This document shows, piece by piece, positions 26,862 through 39,832 of a DNA stretch of 64,000 bases. This DNA comes from Bigelowiella natans CCMP2755 (Eukaryota; Protista; Cercozoa), in assembly GCA_000320545.1 (NCBI GenBank), contig ADNK01000774.1, positions 55,206-119,205 on the forward strand, read 5' to 3'. Within the stretch, counting starts at the first letter, position 1. The number at the start of each line of letters is the position of its first letter. A model generated the notes under the pieces. That model saw only the letters and a program-made list of their open reading frames with translations. It ran no database searches and had not been told where the DNA came from. The position numbers and the translations under genes are program-made.

Positions 26862-28181
26862 GTCTATGATCGTCCATTGTCACGACGACGATGACGACGA
26901 TTAGTACTACTATTACTACTACAACCCATCGTCTCTGAAGGTGTACACTGATGCCCCGTCTCCACCTCTTATCTGGTAAAATAACGAAGTAATGATCTCT
27001 CCATTTAGGGGGAGGGGTGGGAGTGCAATATATGTGAGACAGCTAAGCATTTCCCCGTAGTAGCTATTCTCTATTCTTTGGTTGTTGTCCAGCATCATCC
27101 ATCATTAATATGCACAACTAGTGCGTCGTCGATCGATCTCCTTTCTCCCTGTATACTCACTACTACTACTACTACTACTACTGCTGCTGCTACTTACATT
27201 CTGTCGCTATATGATGACGACGACGACGATGATGATGATGATGATGATGATGATACCTATCTACCCTCCTTTACCTGGCTGAAGTATTGTGCCTTCTTCT
27301 TGAGGTGGAGGAGGATGGTGACGAGGACGAATGAGCACGCTACCACTGTTAGCGTGTACACCAACATGATAGGAAATCGTGGCTTCGAGTCCTACAACGA
27401 TCATACATGGAACGGGGGAGGAACTCAGTACAACGACGACGAGTATATTCGGTAACAATGTGACTTGAAGAACTGCTACTACTACTGCTGCTACTGCTGC
27501 ATCATCTGCTACATCTCCGGTTCTCTCCTCCTCTTGTAGTGAAGAAGATTGCTACACTAAATGTTGTTGTTCTTCCTGGTTTTACCTCTATCTCTTGAGG
27601 AACGGGGTGGGTAACAAGATCTTCCTTCCTCACGATGGGGGTCACTACGGCAGCGCGATCTTCCGTACAGTGAGGATAATTTCGATAACCCTGTGCACAC
27701 GACTCGCAGTGGGGCCTGAGGAGGAGGAAACGGATAAGAAAGAGGGGAGGGGATAGTTGGGAGCAGCCACCACTATATTATCACTTGTCTCCTCTCTCTC
27801 TTGCAGGCACCCTATTTACTTCTCCTCCGTCATTTCCTTCATCATCATCATGGTCATCATCCAACGTATCAGAAATAATGTTTGTTTCTTCTTCTTCTTC
27901 TTCTTCTTCTTCTTCTTCTTCACACACGCCCAAATGGGATAAATAAGAGCAAGTGAGCAGAAGCTAACTAGTAGTGCTCATTTGTGCAGGGATGTAGTAA
28001 AGAACCGGATATAGTAATTAAGCCACCCACCCATCATAATTTGCAGGGCAGTCACAACGCAGAACAGAGGTCTCCCCAACAGCGTTTCTATACTGATGGA
28101 CACTACACACTCCTAACAGAGCAATACAGAAGAGACAATGATAATCAGAAATAAGATGAAAATCACCGAACAAAGAGGGAA

Positions 28182-28214
<33 letters not shown>

Positions 28215-30999
28215 CTATAGGAATGCATTTAAGGGATCCTTTCTCTCCAGTGTGGATGCAACCTGATCAACATCAGCATCATCATCATCATCAAGGGGAG
28301 GGAAAGTAATATAGTGACGCAAGGAAAAACTTAGACTCGGAGACTACTCAGTTTACCACCACCACCACCGATCCAAAAAGGCAGGAGTTGAAGGGCAACG
28401 AATACAGTGATTATTCGTTCAGTATCAATGAGTGAGTAGTGGGTTGATGGCGTAACAACTGATTGACTAACTAACTTACCACAGGAGTTTTCTTCACATG
28501 TCGCTACTGCTGCTGCTGCTGCTGTAGTTTTCTCCTCTCCTCTCCCTTGGTTGTTGCTGGTAGAGCTACTGAACATTCCTCTCCTTCTACGGCGTTGACG
28601 CCACCCAGAAAATCCATCACTACCACTATCGTCAGCAGGTGCTGGTGGTGCCGCAGTTTCATCGTCGTTCTCTGTTACTTCTGTTCTTCTTCCACTACTA
28701 CTACTACTGCTACTACTTCCATCTCCACTGCCAACATTCTCACCAGGAGTAGTACCAGTAGTAGTCGTAGTAGTAGAAGTGGTGACACCATCGTTCATGA
28801 GATCATCCATTTCGTTGTTTCCTGTGCTAGTGCTGGTGCCATCACCACTCAATTGTTCTGAATTCCTTTTTGTAGTAGTAGTAGTAGTACTAGTAGTACT
28901 CTCTTCTCCCCCCCCTCCTCCCTGCCTTGAATTCGTAGGTTTGACAGCACTATCGTCATTAGTTGCTTTGGCTTCTTCCTCCTCTTCCTCTCTTTTCCTT
29001 GCCAGTCTTATTTTCGCCTCTTCGTCTGGTGTCGTATCCAAAGGCGCAACTTCAACTTGCCACAAGAACCTGCAGATATCGAGTTTCATCATTGATCGAT
29101 GATGAGGACGATGTACAATGACGAATAACGATAGCCCAAATCTGATTTTCACTTAACAATCTACAAATATATTAAGAAACAAAAAGAAGAAAAGAGCGGA
29201 AAAAGAAGGAGAAGAAGAAGAACTTACTCGGTGCATAAGACATCTCTTGGCTTGCCTGTGATGATGGGGAAGTGGCGGAGGGTGTGTTCCTTGATGCGAA
29301 GCTGATACTTTCCGGGATACACGTCTTCGGAGATCATGGCACCAACGTCATGGGATTCCAACATTGGATGGGAAGGATGTCGCGCCTGTTGGATGGCCGC
29401 AGTTCTATCGAACACAAACACGTTGTCCTCCGAAGTCGCTATGGTGTCCATAGCCGCTACGGAAGATGCCTTGGAGCCTGCAGAAGAGGAGCTTCTTCCC
29501 CCCCCCCCCCCTTCTTGTGGCATTCTAACCAGTGTGACCACGAAATCGCCGGTCATAAAGTTGTGCACGAGCGTTGCGTTGACCTGACTGGGTCTTGACA
29601 GCGTGAAGTCCACCGTCGCAGTGATAGATCGCGACGTGTAGATTCCTTTTAAGCTCTGCGAGCCAATCCCAGTCGTCCTATCGATTCTCATATAGGTGAC
29701 CGGTAGCTTCTCCACGCATTGTGCAGAGGTGGAACCAGACGGTGGGGTTTTCACCCATTCGTGCAGCTCATCTGCAGGAGCAGCAGCAAGATCAAGGGTG
29801 AAGAGAGGACATGGGCTCCCATCCCTACCTAGTTCTCTATTGTTGCCTTTGCTATCACCGCTGCTGCTGCTGCTAGCGGCATTAGTATCTCCCCCCCCTT
29901 GCTCATCATCATTCCGGGACTTTCTTTTCGGTTGGAAGAGGATGTAGTAGTCATGCGGTGTGGCCGTCTTAATGATGGGCTGACCTCTGATTCCCTCCCA
30001 TAATATGGAATCCATAGGGTCACCACTGCTACTGCTGCCGCTGCTGGCTCTACCACTACCAGATCTTCGCCCCTCTAGCACGAAGAGTGCGGGGTTCTCA
30101 AATTGCGTGGGATAGTGGGCGGTGGGATAGACGAAGCTGCCAGTTGCGTTAACAACAGCGTAGAGCAGCTGCTCGTTGATCATGTTCGTTCCTGCCGTGA
30201 TTCTCAAAACAGTCCTCGTTTGTGCGTGAACCCGGACGGCAAACGCCCCCCCGGCACCCTTGATCCCGATCTGACTGAGCTCTATTGCTGGTGCGGAAGT
30301 CCTGAGTATGTTGAAACCGTCGGCATGGATACGCGACCAATCATCCCCCCCCCACGACTGAACGACCGCGGCTGCATCTTTCTGATGCTCCTCCCGGGAC
30401 TGCTCGGCCATTGACTCGGCGCCCTTCGCTGCCAAATATGGACTCTGGGTCAGGGATGATGATGTTGCTGCTGACGACGGCGTATTGGCCGTGACACCCC
30501 TTAGAACTGAACGATATGCCCATAGCTCTGTGGGTAGAGGCAGTAGTATGTCCGGAACGTCTACGATCAGAGCACATGTGTCCTTCGCCGCTTCTTCAAG
30601 GATGGACTGCCACTTCTCCATGGCGCTGCTCACTCCTCTTCCCTTCTTGCCGCTTACTATGATCGGACTGCTGTCGCTGCCACCAGAGCTGGCCGAAATG
30701 GAGGAAGAAGATGACGAAGAAGTGCCCCTACTTACTGCTTCCGCTTTGTTCTTGACGTACACAAGGAGGGTGTGATTCCTCGTGTCGCACGCAGCATCGT
30801 TACCACCAACTCCTCGGTGATAAGCAAAAGGCGCTGGGCCGAGCTCCACCAGAGTGATGTTGTATTCACCCGGCCCCAAATCCAAGTCAAGGTAGGAGTT
30901 GGAAAACTGAGGAATGCTCTTGTACTTCACCTCGCGAGTGATCTTTCGTCCCGTAGGAGAGTACCCGACCGTATGACCCTCTAGCAGTAGCGCCAAGTG

Positions 31000-31045
<46 letters not shown>

Positions 31046-31957
31046 ATACACAAGCACATTTATCATCACCATCGTCTAACGATCCCCTTCCCTAAAAGCC
31101 CTCCTACTTTATTACCACTCCCATTGCTAGTAGTAATTCTCTACCTGATTGAGGAAGCTAAAGGATGCCTCTGCAATAAGCGAAACGCCCTCCGGGTGTG
31201 TGACCTTGAGCATGACCGTTTTCACAACCATAGAGCCATCGCCGAACAGGTTACAAGGGGAAGATTTCTCAGAGCATGAACCCGAGTGTTCTTTGATGCC
31301 GGAGACACAACAAGCCTTGCTTCCAAGGGGGAGCTTATGGCAGTCTCGCCCTCCACACCGTCCGCATTCCTTGGGGCAGCACGCGTTTCCATCAAGGCTC
31401 TTGATGCCGTATTGGCAACGCGGGTCTGGCTGATTCCTCTGATGATGCTGCTGCTGCTTACTACTCTCACCCCCCTCCCTCACATCCGGGACACAGGATG
31501 GCACGTTCTTTTCGTGGTGCTTCCAGGAACCTGTAGCCATTAACTGTGCGTGATCGACTTTCCTTATCAACCCACACGGCTCCCCCGGGCATCTACCATT
31601 TCTTAGCTGCTGCTGCTGCTTCTTTGTGCCGATTGGTAAGCCCCATAAACCACCAGGCCTGGGAGGATTGCTGGATACGGCGACATGCAGTGCGACAGGG
31701 AAATGCATGCGCCATGCGTGCCATGCCTGCTCGGTGCCTGGGTAGTGTACGTTGAGGACTATAGCGTAGTGTCCTGGACTGAGTAGCTTGACAATCCAGT
31801 CATCTGATGTGTAATCGTCCTTCTCGATCGTCTTCGGAGCCTGCATGTCCTTTTCTTGACTGGAGCCTGGGTTGCCATTTCCACCAACGACGACGACAGC
31901 AACGACCACGACACCGACAACAAAGGAATATATCACTACCACCATCACCATCATCAC

Positions 31958-31991
<34 letters not shown>

Positions 31992-34900
31992 GACACCGTG
32001 TCACACACATACACACACACACACACAAGCTGATACAGCAAAAATATAAGGACGACTGTCATCACAATATTTCAAAATGGCCTCCTCCTCCTCCTCCCCC
32101 CCCTCCCAAAAATCGTCGTAAAAATGATGTATGACACAACCAGTAGGGACTACTACGTTTTAAGCCATTCTACGAAGCCAAACAACCTGTTCCTAACGCA
32201 ACTAGCCGTATCCTTAGCACAGCGCGCGTTTGCACAGCACCCAGTACATGCGGTGATGCATGCACGCGCACGAGCGATGGGCGTGTCAGCCGAAATGCGA
32301 CAGAATTTTCCTCCCAGTTCTGGCCGGGCAAGTTGGCGTTCCACACCAAATGCATAGCTGAGTAAATGCCGAACAACTCGCACTCTCCCGTCGGGACGAG
32401 GCACCTTGGTTATTGCAGTAACCAGTCAGCGCCAGCAACATAACGATCAGGAAGGGCACGACAATGAGGAGAAAGATGAAGAAGAAGAAGGAAAAAAGAA
32501 GAGGAGGATAACGTGTGTCACTTCCATATGAAGGGGGTTTACAGGTTAATGCATGCATCCTATGACGCACTATTACTCCTACTACCACTACTACTTCCAA
32601 TGCCTACTTACTACCCTGCTGTATTAAGACTGAGAGGAAGAGGGGGGTGTGCAGGAAGGTGTTCCTGAAGCTCTGGATGCAGCATGACTGCAGAGAAACG
32701 ATGAGCTCGCTTCGGGTCAAGCACGTGCACTTCCATCTTCCATGTAAATCCAAGGCATGCCCATTCTCCGTCATCATCATTGGGGGAGGCTTGTTGACCC
32801 GGTTCACCTTCCGCTACCTGCTGCCTGGAAACCCGTTCTTGGAAGAGTGTTGGAGGATAAGGAAAAAGTCAATGTAATTGTGGATATGGTGGGCAATGAT
32901 TATCTACATCTCGCCCACGACATATTCTGTCAATTTACTACATCGACGACTTGCGTAGATCTCTACGCTAGACCGTTCACCAAAAAATAACTTTAGAAAG
33001 TTTTACTTGAGTGCCAAAATTACAAAAAATGCTATCAATCGTCTTCTTCTTCTTCTTCTTTTTCTTCTTCTTCCTCTTAAATACTTGGTAATGGCGATTT
33101 CGGAGGCTCATGCATCCATAATGAGTATCTGCCGGGTGGCAATACAGCTGCCGCAAGTCGTCGCCGCCTCCCATTTAGGGCCCTACCAGCGAATATCTTC
33201 TCCACCTCGTTTGGTGCTGCCCCTGATATATATGTGCAACCGAAGAAACAATTTGATTGATTATAAGATTTTGTTGGTTCATAACAACGAAGATTATAAT
33301 GCTGCTGCTGCTCCGGTAGTACCGATAACCCACTTAACCTTTCACCATCTTTCTTCCTCCTTGATTCCTATATTTTCAATCCTCTCTCTCTTTCTAACGA
33401 AGAAAAAAAGAAGAAGAAGAAGAAACACAACTAACCTGGACGCGAATAATCCGGATGGCGAGCCAGGTCAATCCTAAGATCTCCGAGAAGAAAGTCGTAG
33501 CCTATTTCAATTATCAACCGGAAGGGCTTTTCGGCCACGAAAGGAGCCATGAAGGTCAAGCGTCGCTTCGGTGTCATCTGGTAAGCAAGGCGTTCTCCCC
33601 TAATCTGACTGTCGTAGCTGTAACTCATCGCAAGGTGGGTGGGGGGGTGGGGTGGCAAGTGATCAGCTTCATGCGGGCATTTCTCCTCGACGGCAAATCC
33701 ACCCAGAGCATTGTTGCTTATCCCCCCCGCCAAACGTGACGACGAAGAGGAGGAGGAGGAGGAGGATGCGTGCGACGTTGCTATTGCCATTTCCATGTGA
33801 AAGCGCATGCAAGCATCCCTTGTCGTAGATGTCCCTCCCCCGTTGTGGTGGGTGTGGGAAAGCTCCAGACGATAATACCCTGATTCAATGGTCACCATCC
33901 TCGAAAACTCCTTAGTGATGTCTTCCCACACGACTTGCGGCTTGCACGTATACTCTTTTGGGAGATACGGTGTGCTGACGTATGGATAAGGAGGAGCTTT
34001 TGACATACAAGGGTAGTGAAGGAGTACAAATCTGTGGCTCATAATTCCCGCCCCGCTTTTGCCCTTCATCGATGATGCTACTACGCCGCCAAAGGGATTG
34101 AAAGTGACTGCGACGCGTACTCGAGAGGTTCTAGCGAGTGAAAAGTGGAGGGAGGCCTTGTCGTCGCCGCTCGGGGTGAAGTAAGAGCCGGCGAAGTGCG
34201 TTGAGTGAGACTGGCCTGACCCACCTAGGAATCGTGGAGTGTTCAGTGTGACAGGGAAGGCTTGGAACCCACCTCGTGCACACTCATCGTCTGCCGCATC
34301 TAGAATGGCGTCCTCATCATTTGTCCCTGCTGCTACTGCTGCTGCTGGAGAGCTGTCTTTGATCGACATTTCGAAATCAAAGGGGATGCAGGTGCGCTGC
34401 GAGTAGATGAAAAGCGGGCGGAAGATCAAATCATAGCTCCCCTTTGTTAATTCGTGGTCTAGAACAGCGTGATTTGGAGCGATTTGGTGCGCTGGTATCA
34501 CGATTTTTGTCGCTGTGCCACCACCTTTGCCGCTTTCTCCTTCCTCCCTTGCTTCTGATGGTCCCCTTCGTCGTGCATGCCGTGATCTGCTGCGAGTACT
34601 TGCGCTACTACTGGCGCTACGATCACCGCTGCTGCCTGAGGCCTCCTGAAGTAGCACACCGACATGGCCTGTGACGAAATCGCTATCCACGCTGAGTTTG
34701 ACCCTCATCTTCTCCTTTTCGACCGTAAATCGTACCCTTTTCTCGGTGAGGCCCCCAGCCACCATCACATAACCTCTATCGGCGGGTGGCAGCCCACTGG
34801 AGGTGATCTTGTTGGGTATGTACTCCTCCTCTAGCTCGGAAGGTCCGCACCAGTGCCTCCCCGCCCCCAAGAGGGAGAGAGGCATGATTGCGATCTCGCT

Positions 34901-36295
34901 GACAAATCCAACACAGCGCATGGATCCAGGAGAGCGAACAAGGCTATCTGCATGTGAAAACTGGAAGAGAAGCAGATAGCGTCCCGGCTGCAGCTCCGCA
35001 GAGACGTCGTCGTTTACCGCATTCGATCCTTGGGCCACCACTGGCCCCTTATGGTCCTCCCCCCTCCTGTTACTAAAACTACTCCTTCCACCCTTGTCAT
35101 GCTTCATAACCGAAACGTGTACCGTAAGCTGGGTTTGGTGGAAGGGAATGTAGATGCGGAAGAGCGAGGGGTTCAGCACTTTGAATTCCACTGTATGGAG
35201 CTGCATGTTCGGGTTGAATCGATACACCTCGTGGATATGCATCGAATGCCCGCTGTAGCCTAGGTAGCCTGGAATGTTGAAGGTCATTGGCAACGTTGCA
35301 AGCGTACACGAATCGTCCACAAATCCGTTCTCAAATCTCTCACGCTGGGCTTCTTGGCTGTTCTCTCCCCTCCAGAAAGACGGCGTGGTGCCCCCATCCT
35401 CATCCATACGCAAATCCACGAAGTCGATCGCGAAGCTCAAGTCGTAGAACAAGCACCGTTCCGCCGTTTTGGGTAGGACTTGGTAAATAGAGAGCCGGTA
35501 GACCGCCCCTGCCACAAGATCCAACGCTGCATGGTTTTCGTCCGCATCGTTGTTTGCGACAAAGACTTGGGCCGAAGCAGCCATTGTGCGTGCCATGCGT
35601 GCTGCTGCGGCGACTTCAGAAGCCGAGTAACCGTCAGCCTCTGATAGGAGGTAATCATCGCTAGTTGAGGGGACGTCAAGGCGATGGATGACAAGCCGCA
35701 TATGCCCGGTGAGGAAGTTCGAGTCCAAAGTCGCGTCAATGTACGGAATCATATGCATCAACCTCTCAGTTGTGAAATCGAAGCCCCAAACCTCCTTAGC
35801 CTCATGGTTGTTTGGATCAATGGGGCCACGGAACTCGGTGGTCGCCAGCTTGCCGCCCTCGGAGGAGAATTGCAAGCCTCTCTTCCCCACAATGACAACA
35901 CCGCCATCCGTCTCTCTGAGGCCTTGGGTGTTGACGACAGGAGTCGTTGTCCTTGACGGGCATTTATATGGAGGGACAGAATCAAAGTCACGCGATGACG
36001 GTGCAATGGACACCTGGAAGTGGAAACGCTTGCAGTCCGCTTGCTTTGAGTCCCCTGGATCACCACCACCGAAGAGCACCTCGATCCGGTAAGAGCCAGA
36101 GGGTACAAGAGCACGCAATACTGTCTCGTGAGATAACAACGGAGTGCCCACCTAATAACGACCATACGTGTGTGAGTGCGGACGTAGTTATTAGGTGCCG
36201 AGTGGTAACACTGAAAAGACGCGCCTCGGTTGCACAGAGGAACACCCAGTCACCCAGTCACCATTCCACCAAAACACACACGCACACGCACACGC

Positions 36296-36336
<41 letters not shown>

Positions 36337-37085
36337 GAGAGAAGGGGGGGGGGGAGGGGGGAGGAGCGATCCTTGATCTGCAAACTAAGACTTAAAACCC
36401 CGAAATATGCTTTTCGACTATGGTGCTGCCGGCACTAGGCTACTCCTACCACGTAGTACTAATACTAAATCTATTGGTTGCTACCAGGAAGGATTCCGTA
36501 ACCACCACCTCGGCACTGCCAGGTGTATTGTCCACCAGCCGGACCTTCAGCTTATCACGGGGGTCACCTGCACCATATTGTGAATGGTTATGATCATGAT
36601 GATGACGACGAAAAGTTATACATCTGGGCTGCAATTTGGACACGAGACACGTCGCATTATTTCTTTCTTATCACCACCACTATCATTATCATCATCGTCA
36701 TGTCTTCTACTTCTACTACTACTACTACTACTACTACTACTATGATCATCATTGTTGTGGTGCTACCAGGAATAACGTGCACGCGGATCCTCGACTCTGT
36801 GGTAAGGGTGAACTTGCTGGTAGATTTCTTTTGCATCAAGAACCAGTCTCTCAACTCCAAGCTATGTCTCGTCTTCAACATGCCCGGTAAATCCAGGGAG
36901 AAAGGAACTTCGAACACCTGTACGTGATTGATGACACAACCATCAGCACACTCACCAAAAACATGGTCATTAACAATCGCGTAACATAACATCCAATACT
37001 GGTGATTGATCGATATATACGATCATGAGTGGTTTTCAGATGCTTTCGTCGTCATCATTTATTTCGTTGGGTAAGTTGATTTAAC

Positions 37086-37125
<40 letters not shown>

Positions 37126-37660
37126 CTATATCCGCACATTGCATATTCGCTCCATAGCGAGGGCCTCCGCCATCTTATCGCCCATGCTCTCCAAAGCGCA
37201 ACGAGGGTATGACGCTAGATCGCTCTCACAAACGTTGCAGAACTGCCCGCCCGTGGATGCAAATCCCGGGTCGCAAGCACACGCTGGGCCTGTGGAATAA
37301 CGCACACAGTAGCCGTGGTCGTTGCATAGATCCTGTTCGCACTGCAACGGTGTCACGCATTCGCCGTTTAGCGAAAATTCGCAGGACTTCTGCGCTGCCT
37401 CCCGAGCCCAGCTTACAGATTTCGCTGCTTTGCGCTCGTGAACCCTCATCTCCTTCTCGGACGGAGGAACAGCATCGCTTGATGAGGAGGAAACGGGCTT
37501 TCTTGCCATCCCCTCTTGCGGGTCAACAACCTCTCCAGCCTCGTTTGGATCCACGCTATTGGCTTTGTTTGTTGACGATGGCTTTGCTGTGGTATCATCA
37601 CCATCGTAAGTGACGGTACGATCACGTTGATAGCTACTCTTGTCGTTCCTGCTGGCCGTC

Positions 37661-37696
<36 letters not shown>

Positions 37697-38752
37697 CCCT
37701 GCCTTTCCTTTGTGATAAACTCTGAGTTCGGGTTCATGTCCGACGTATCGATCTCTATTCCGCTACTGGATGTTGTGCTAGTTGCATACTCCTCACGGGT
37801 ATCACTAGAACTAGTAACCACATTCTGGTCCCTAGTGATGCGTGCAAGCTCTGAGTCAGGATTCAAATCGGAATCGTCTACTTCTACGCCCGGTGATGAT
37901 GATGAGGACGATGATGAGCTTCTCGAGGATTCCTCTTTCTGCGAAGAATATGATCCATAATTTGATTGTCTGTACTGATCTCTTCCTCTTCTTCCTCTTC
38001 TTCCTCTATAGCTATCATTTTCACTTTGCTGCTGGTTAGAGCGGGTAATCCGTGCCAGCTCAGAGTCAGGATTTAGGTCCGACGTGTCAACTTCAAAACT
38101 TGAGGACGATGACTGTTGTGAGGAATAACTGGATTTGTCCTCAGCGACTCTTCCTTCGACGGCAGTGATGCGCGCTATCTCAGAGTCAGGATTCAAATCA
38201 GAGGTGTCAATCTCAAAGTTTGAGGACGTTGATTTGGGTAAGAATGACGACGATGATGAAGAAGACGACGATGATGATGACGAAAACGATTCCGTCCGTC
38301 CAGGTTTTGGAAACCCTTCACCCAGTGCTAGATCATCACCTGGCCGAGTTGTTTGCGGCAATGCATTGTTATTATCTTCTAAGTTTGTGGGGTTTTCTTG
38401 GAACAAGGAATCATCTCCACCTCTCGCGTTGGAGCTAGAATCACTTGATCTCGTGTCACTACCCCTTCCAACACCATCTATATCGTCCATGAGATTTTCA
38501 CTTTCATCTTTAAATTCCTTTGCACTATTCTCCTTCGAAGGTTGAGGCGGTTGTCCCTGGTTTCTCATCCCACGTCGCCGACCTCGCCGATGGTTTCCAG
38601 TTGAATATTCAGCTGAGTCCTCTTCCAAAAAGCTCGCAATTTCTGGAAAGCTATCATCGCCATTGGTAACAGGAACCTCCCGTGAAGAGAAGTTTAATAT
38701 TGAATCATTTTTGGCAATGTGGACCGGCGAATGAGAAGATGCGGTCGATGTC

Positions 38753-38790
<38 letters not shown>

Positions 38791-38853
38791 GATGGTCACG
38801 AAGTGGTGTGGGGCCATGGTAACAACCAGAAGCAATAACGCCTGAAGCATCAT
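26600..38853 (-). CDS. Giant type-I membrane/surface protein: signal peptide, Ser-rich repeat region, EGF-like domains, repeated beta-sandwich-like units, Cys-rich module, C-terminal TM helix; 3' end approximate
   Basis: Signal peptide MMLQALLLLVVTMA. EGF domain CEQDLCNDHGYC...CACDPGF...CNVC. Long exons at 33431-36151 and 29224-31059. C-terminal laminin-EGF-like CDCPANYDGPHCESCAQGYRNYPHC. TM helix PIMLVYTLTVVACSFVLVTILLHLKKK at ~27295-27375. Confidence 0.75.
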
Positions 38854-39832
38854 GTTGCCCCGGTGCTACCCTATTCTTCGAACGTTCGCCAGAGTCGATA
38901 TGACGGTCAAACAATCGATTTTCTAAGCTCCATCTAATTGGAGCGGCGGCTGGATTACAAATTTCACGATCAGTCAGACCATACTGGGCACATCTCGCTA
39001 CGTCAACTTCGTAGACGTGTAAACACGCGTTCATACATACATGACTTAAACCTTACTTTCCTCTACAATGTGTCTCTATCTCGCATTACATTCCTCTAAG
39101 TCTCATAATATTTACCTTTCCTTCCCTCCTTCTCTTTTCGCCAGCTGGGCACGCACGATGACGATTATTGCCCAATGATCCAGACTAACTCGATGCATAG
39201 CAACATCATACAAGACATGAAGTGCCTCATATTCTGACTTTGCGATATCGAAATATCATGTCGTCAATAAATATTTCCATACGACTATTGAACTGAAGCA
39301 CGATTGTGGGAAGCCTGAAAAGTCGCATGGAGATTTTCTATCGGCGTCAAGAACTTGACGGACACAACCTTCGTAAATCGAGTCTATTTCACACTATTTT
39401 GTACGAAGCTCATATCGTCGCGGTAGCCAAAATCGAATTCCCGCCATTGTCGCGGCAAGCGAGTCTGAAGGTATAAAAGAACAATCTCAAATTTGGCACT
39501 TCAGATTTCGGTGTTCGCGACCTGGCAGATGACGAGTTTCGCAGCTGCGACAACACACGAGTTTCAAATGAATCATTGTCTCGAAAGTCCTCTCCTCTGG
39601 GCCAAAATAGCATAGTTTTAGCCTTAAGACTAGCCCGAATCGCCCAGGAATGTCCAAAATCACTTACAAACGGCGTTTGAGTATGAATGAATTCTCTTGC
39701 ATTAGGATTAAGAATGTCCGGAATTAATCTGACAAACGATTGTTGGTTAAGCTTTGTAACGCTTTATTGATTTAGTCCCTGTGTTTTAAGTTATCCCCTT
39801 GTGAATGTTTGCTCGAGGGTGTACTGGTAGGG

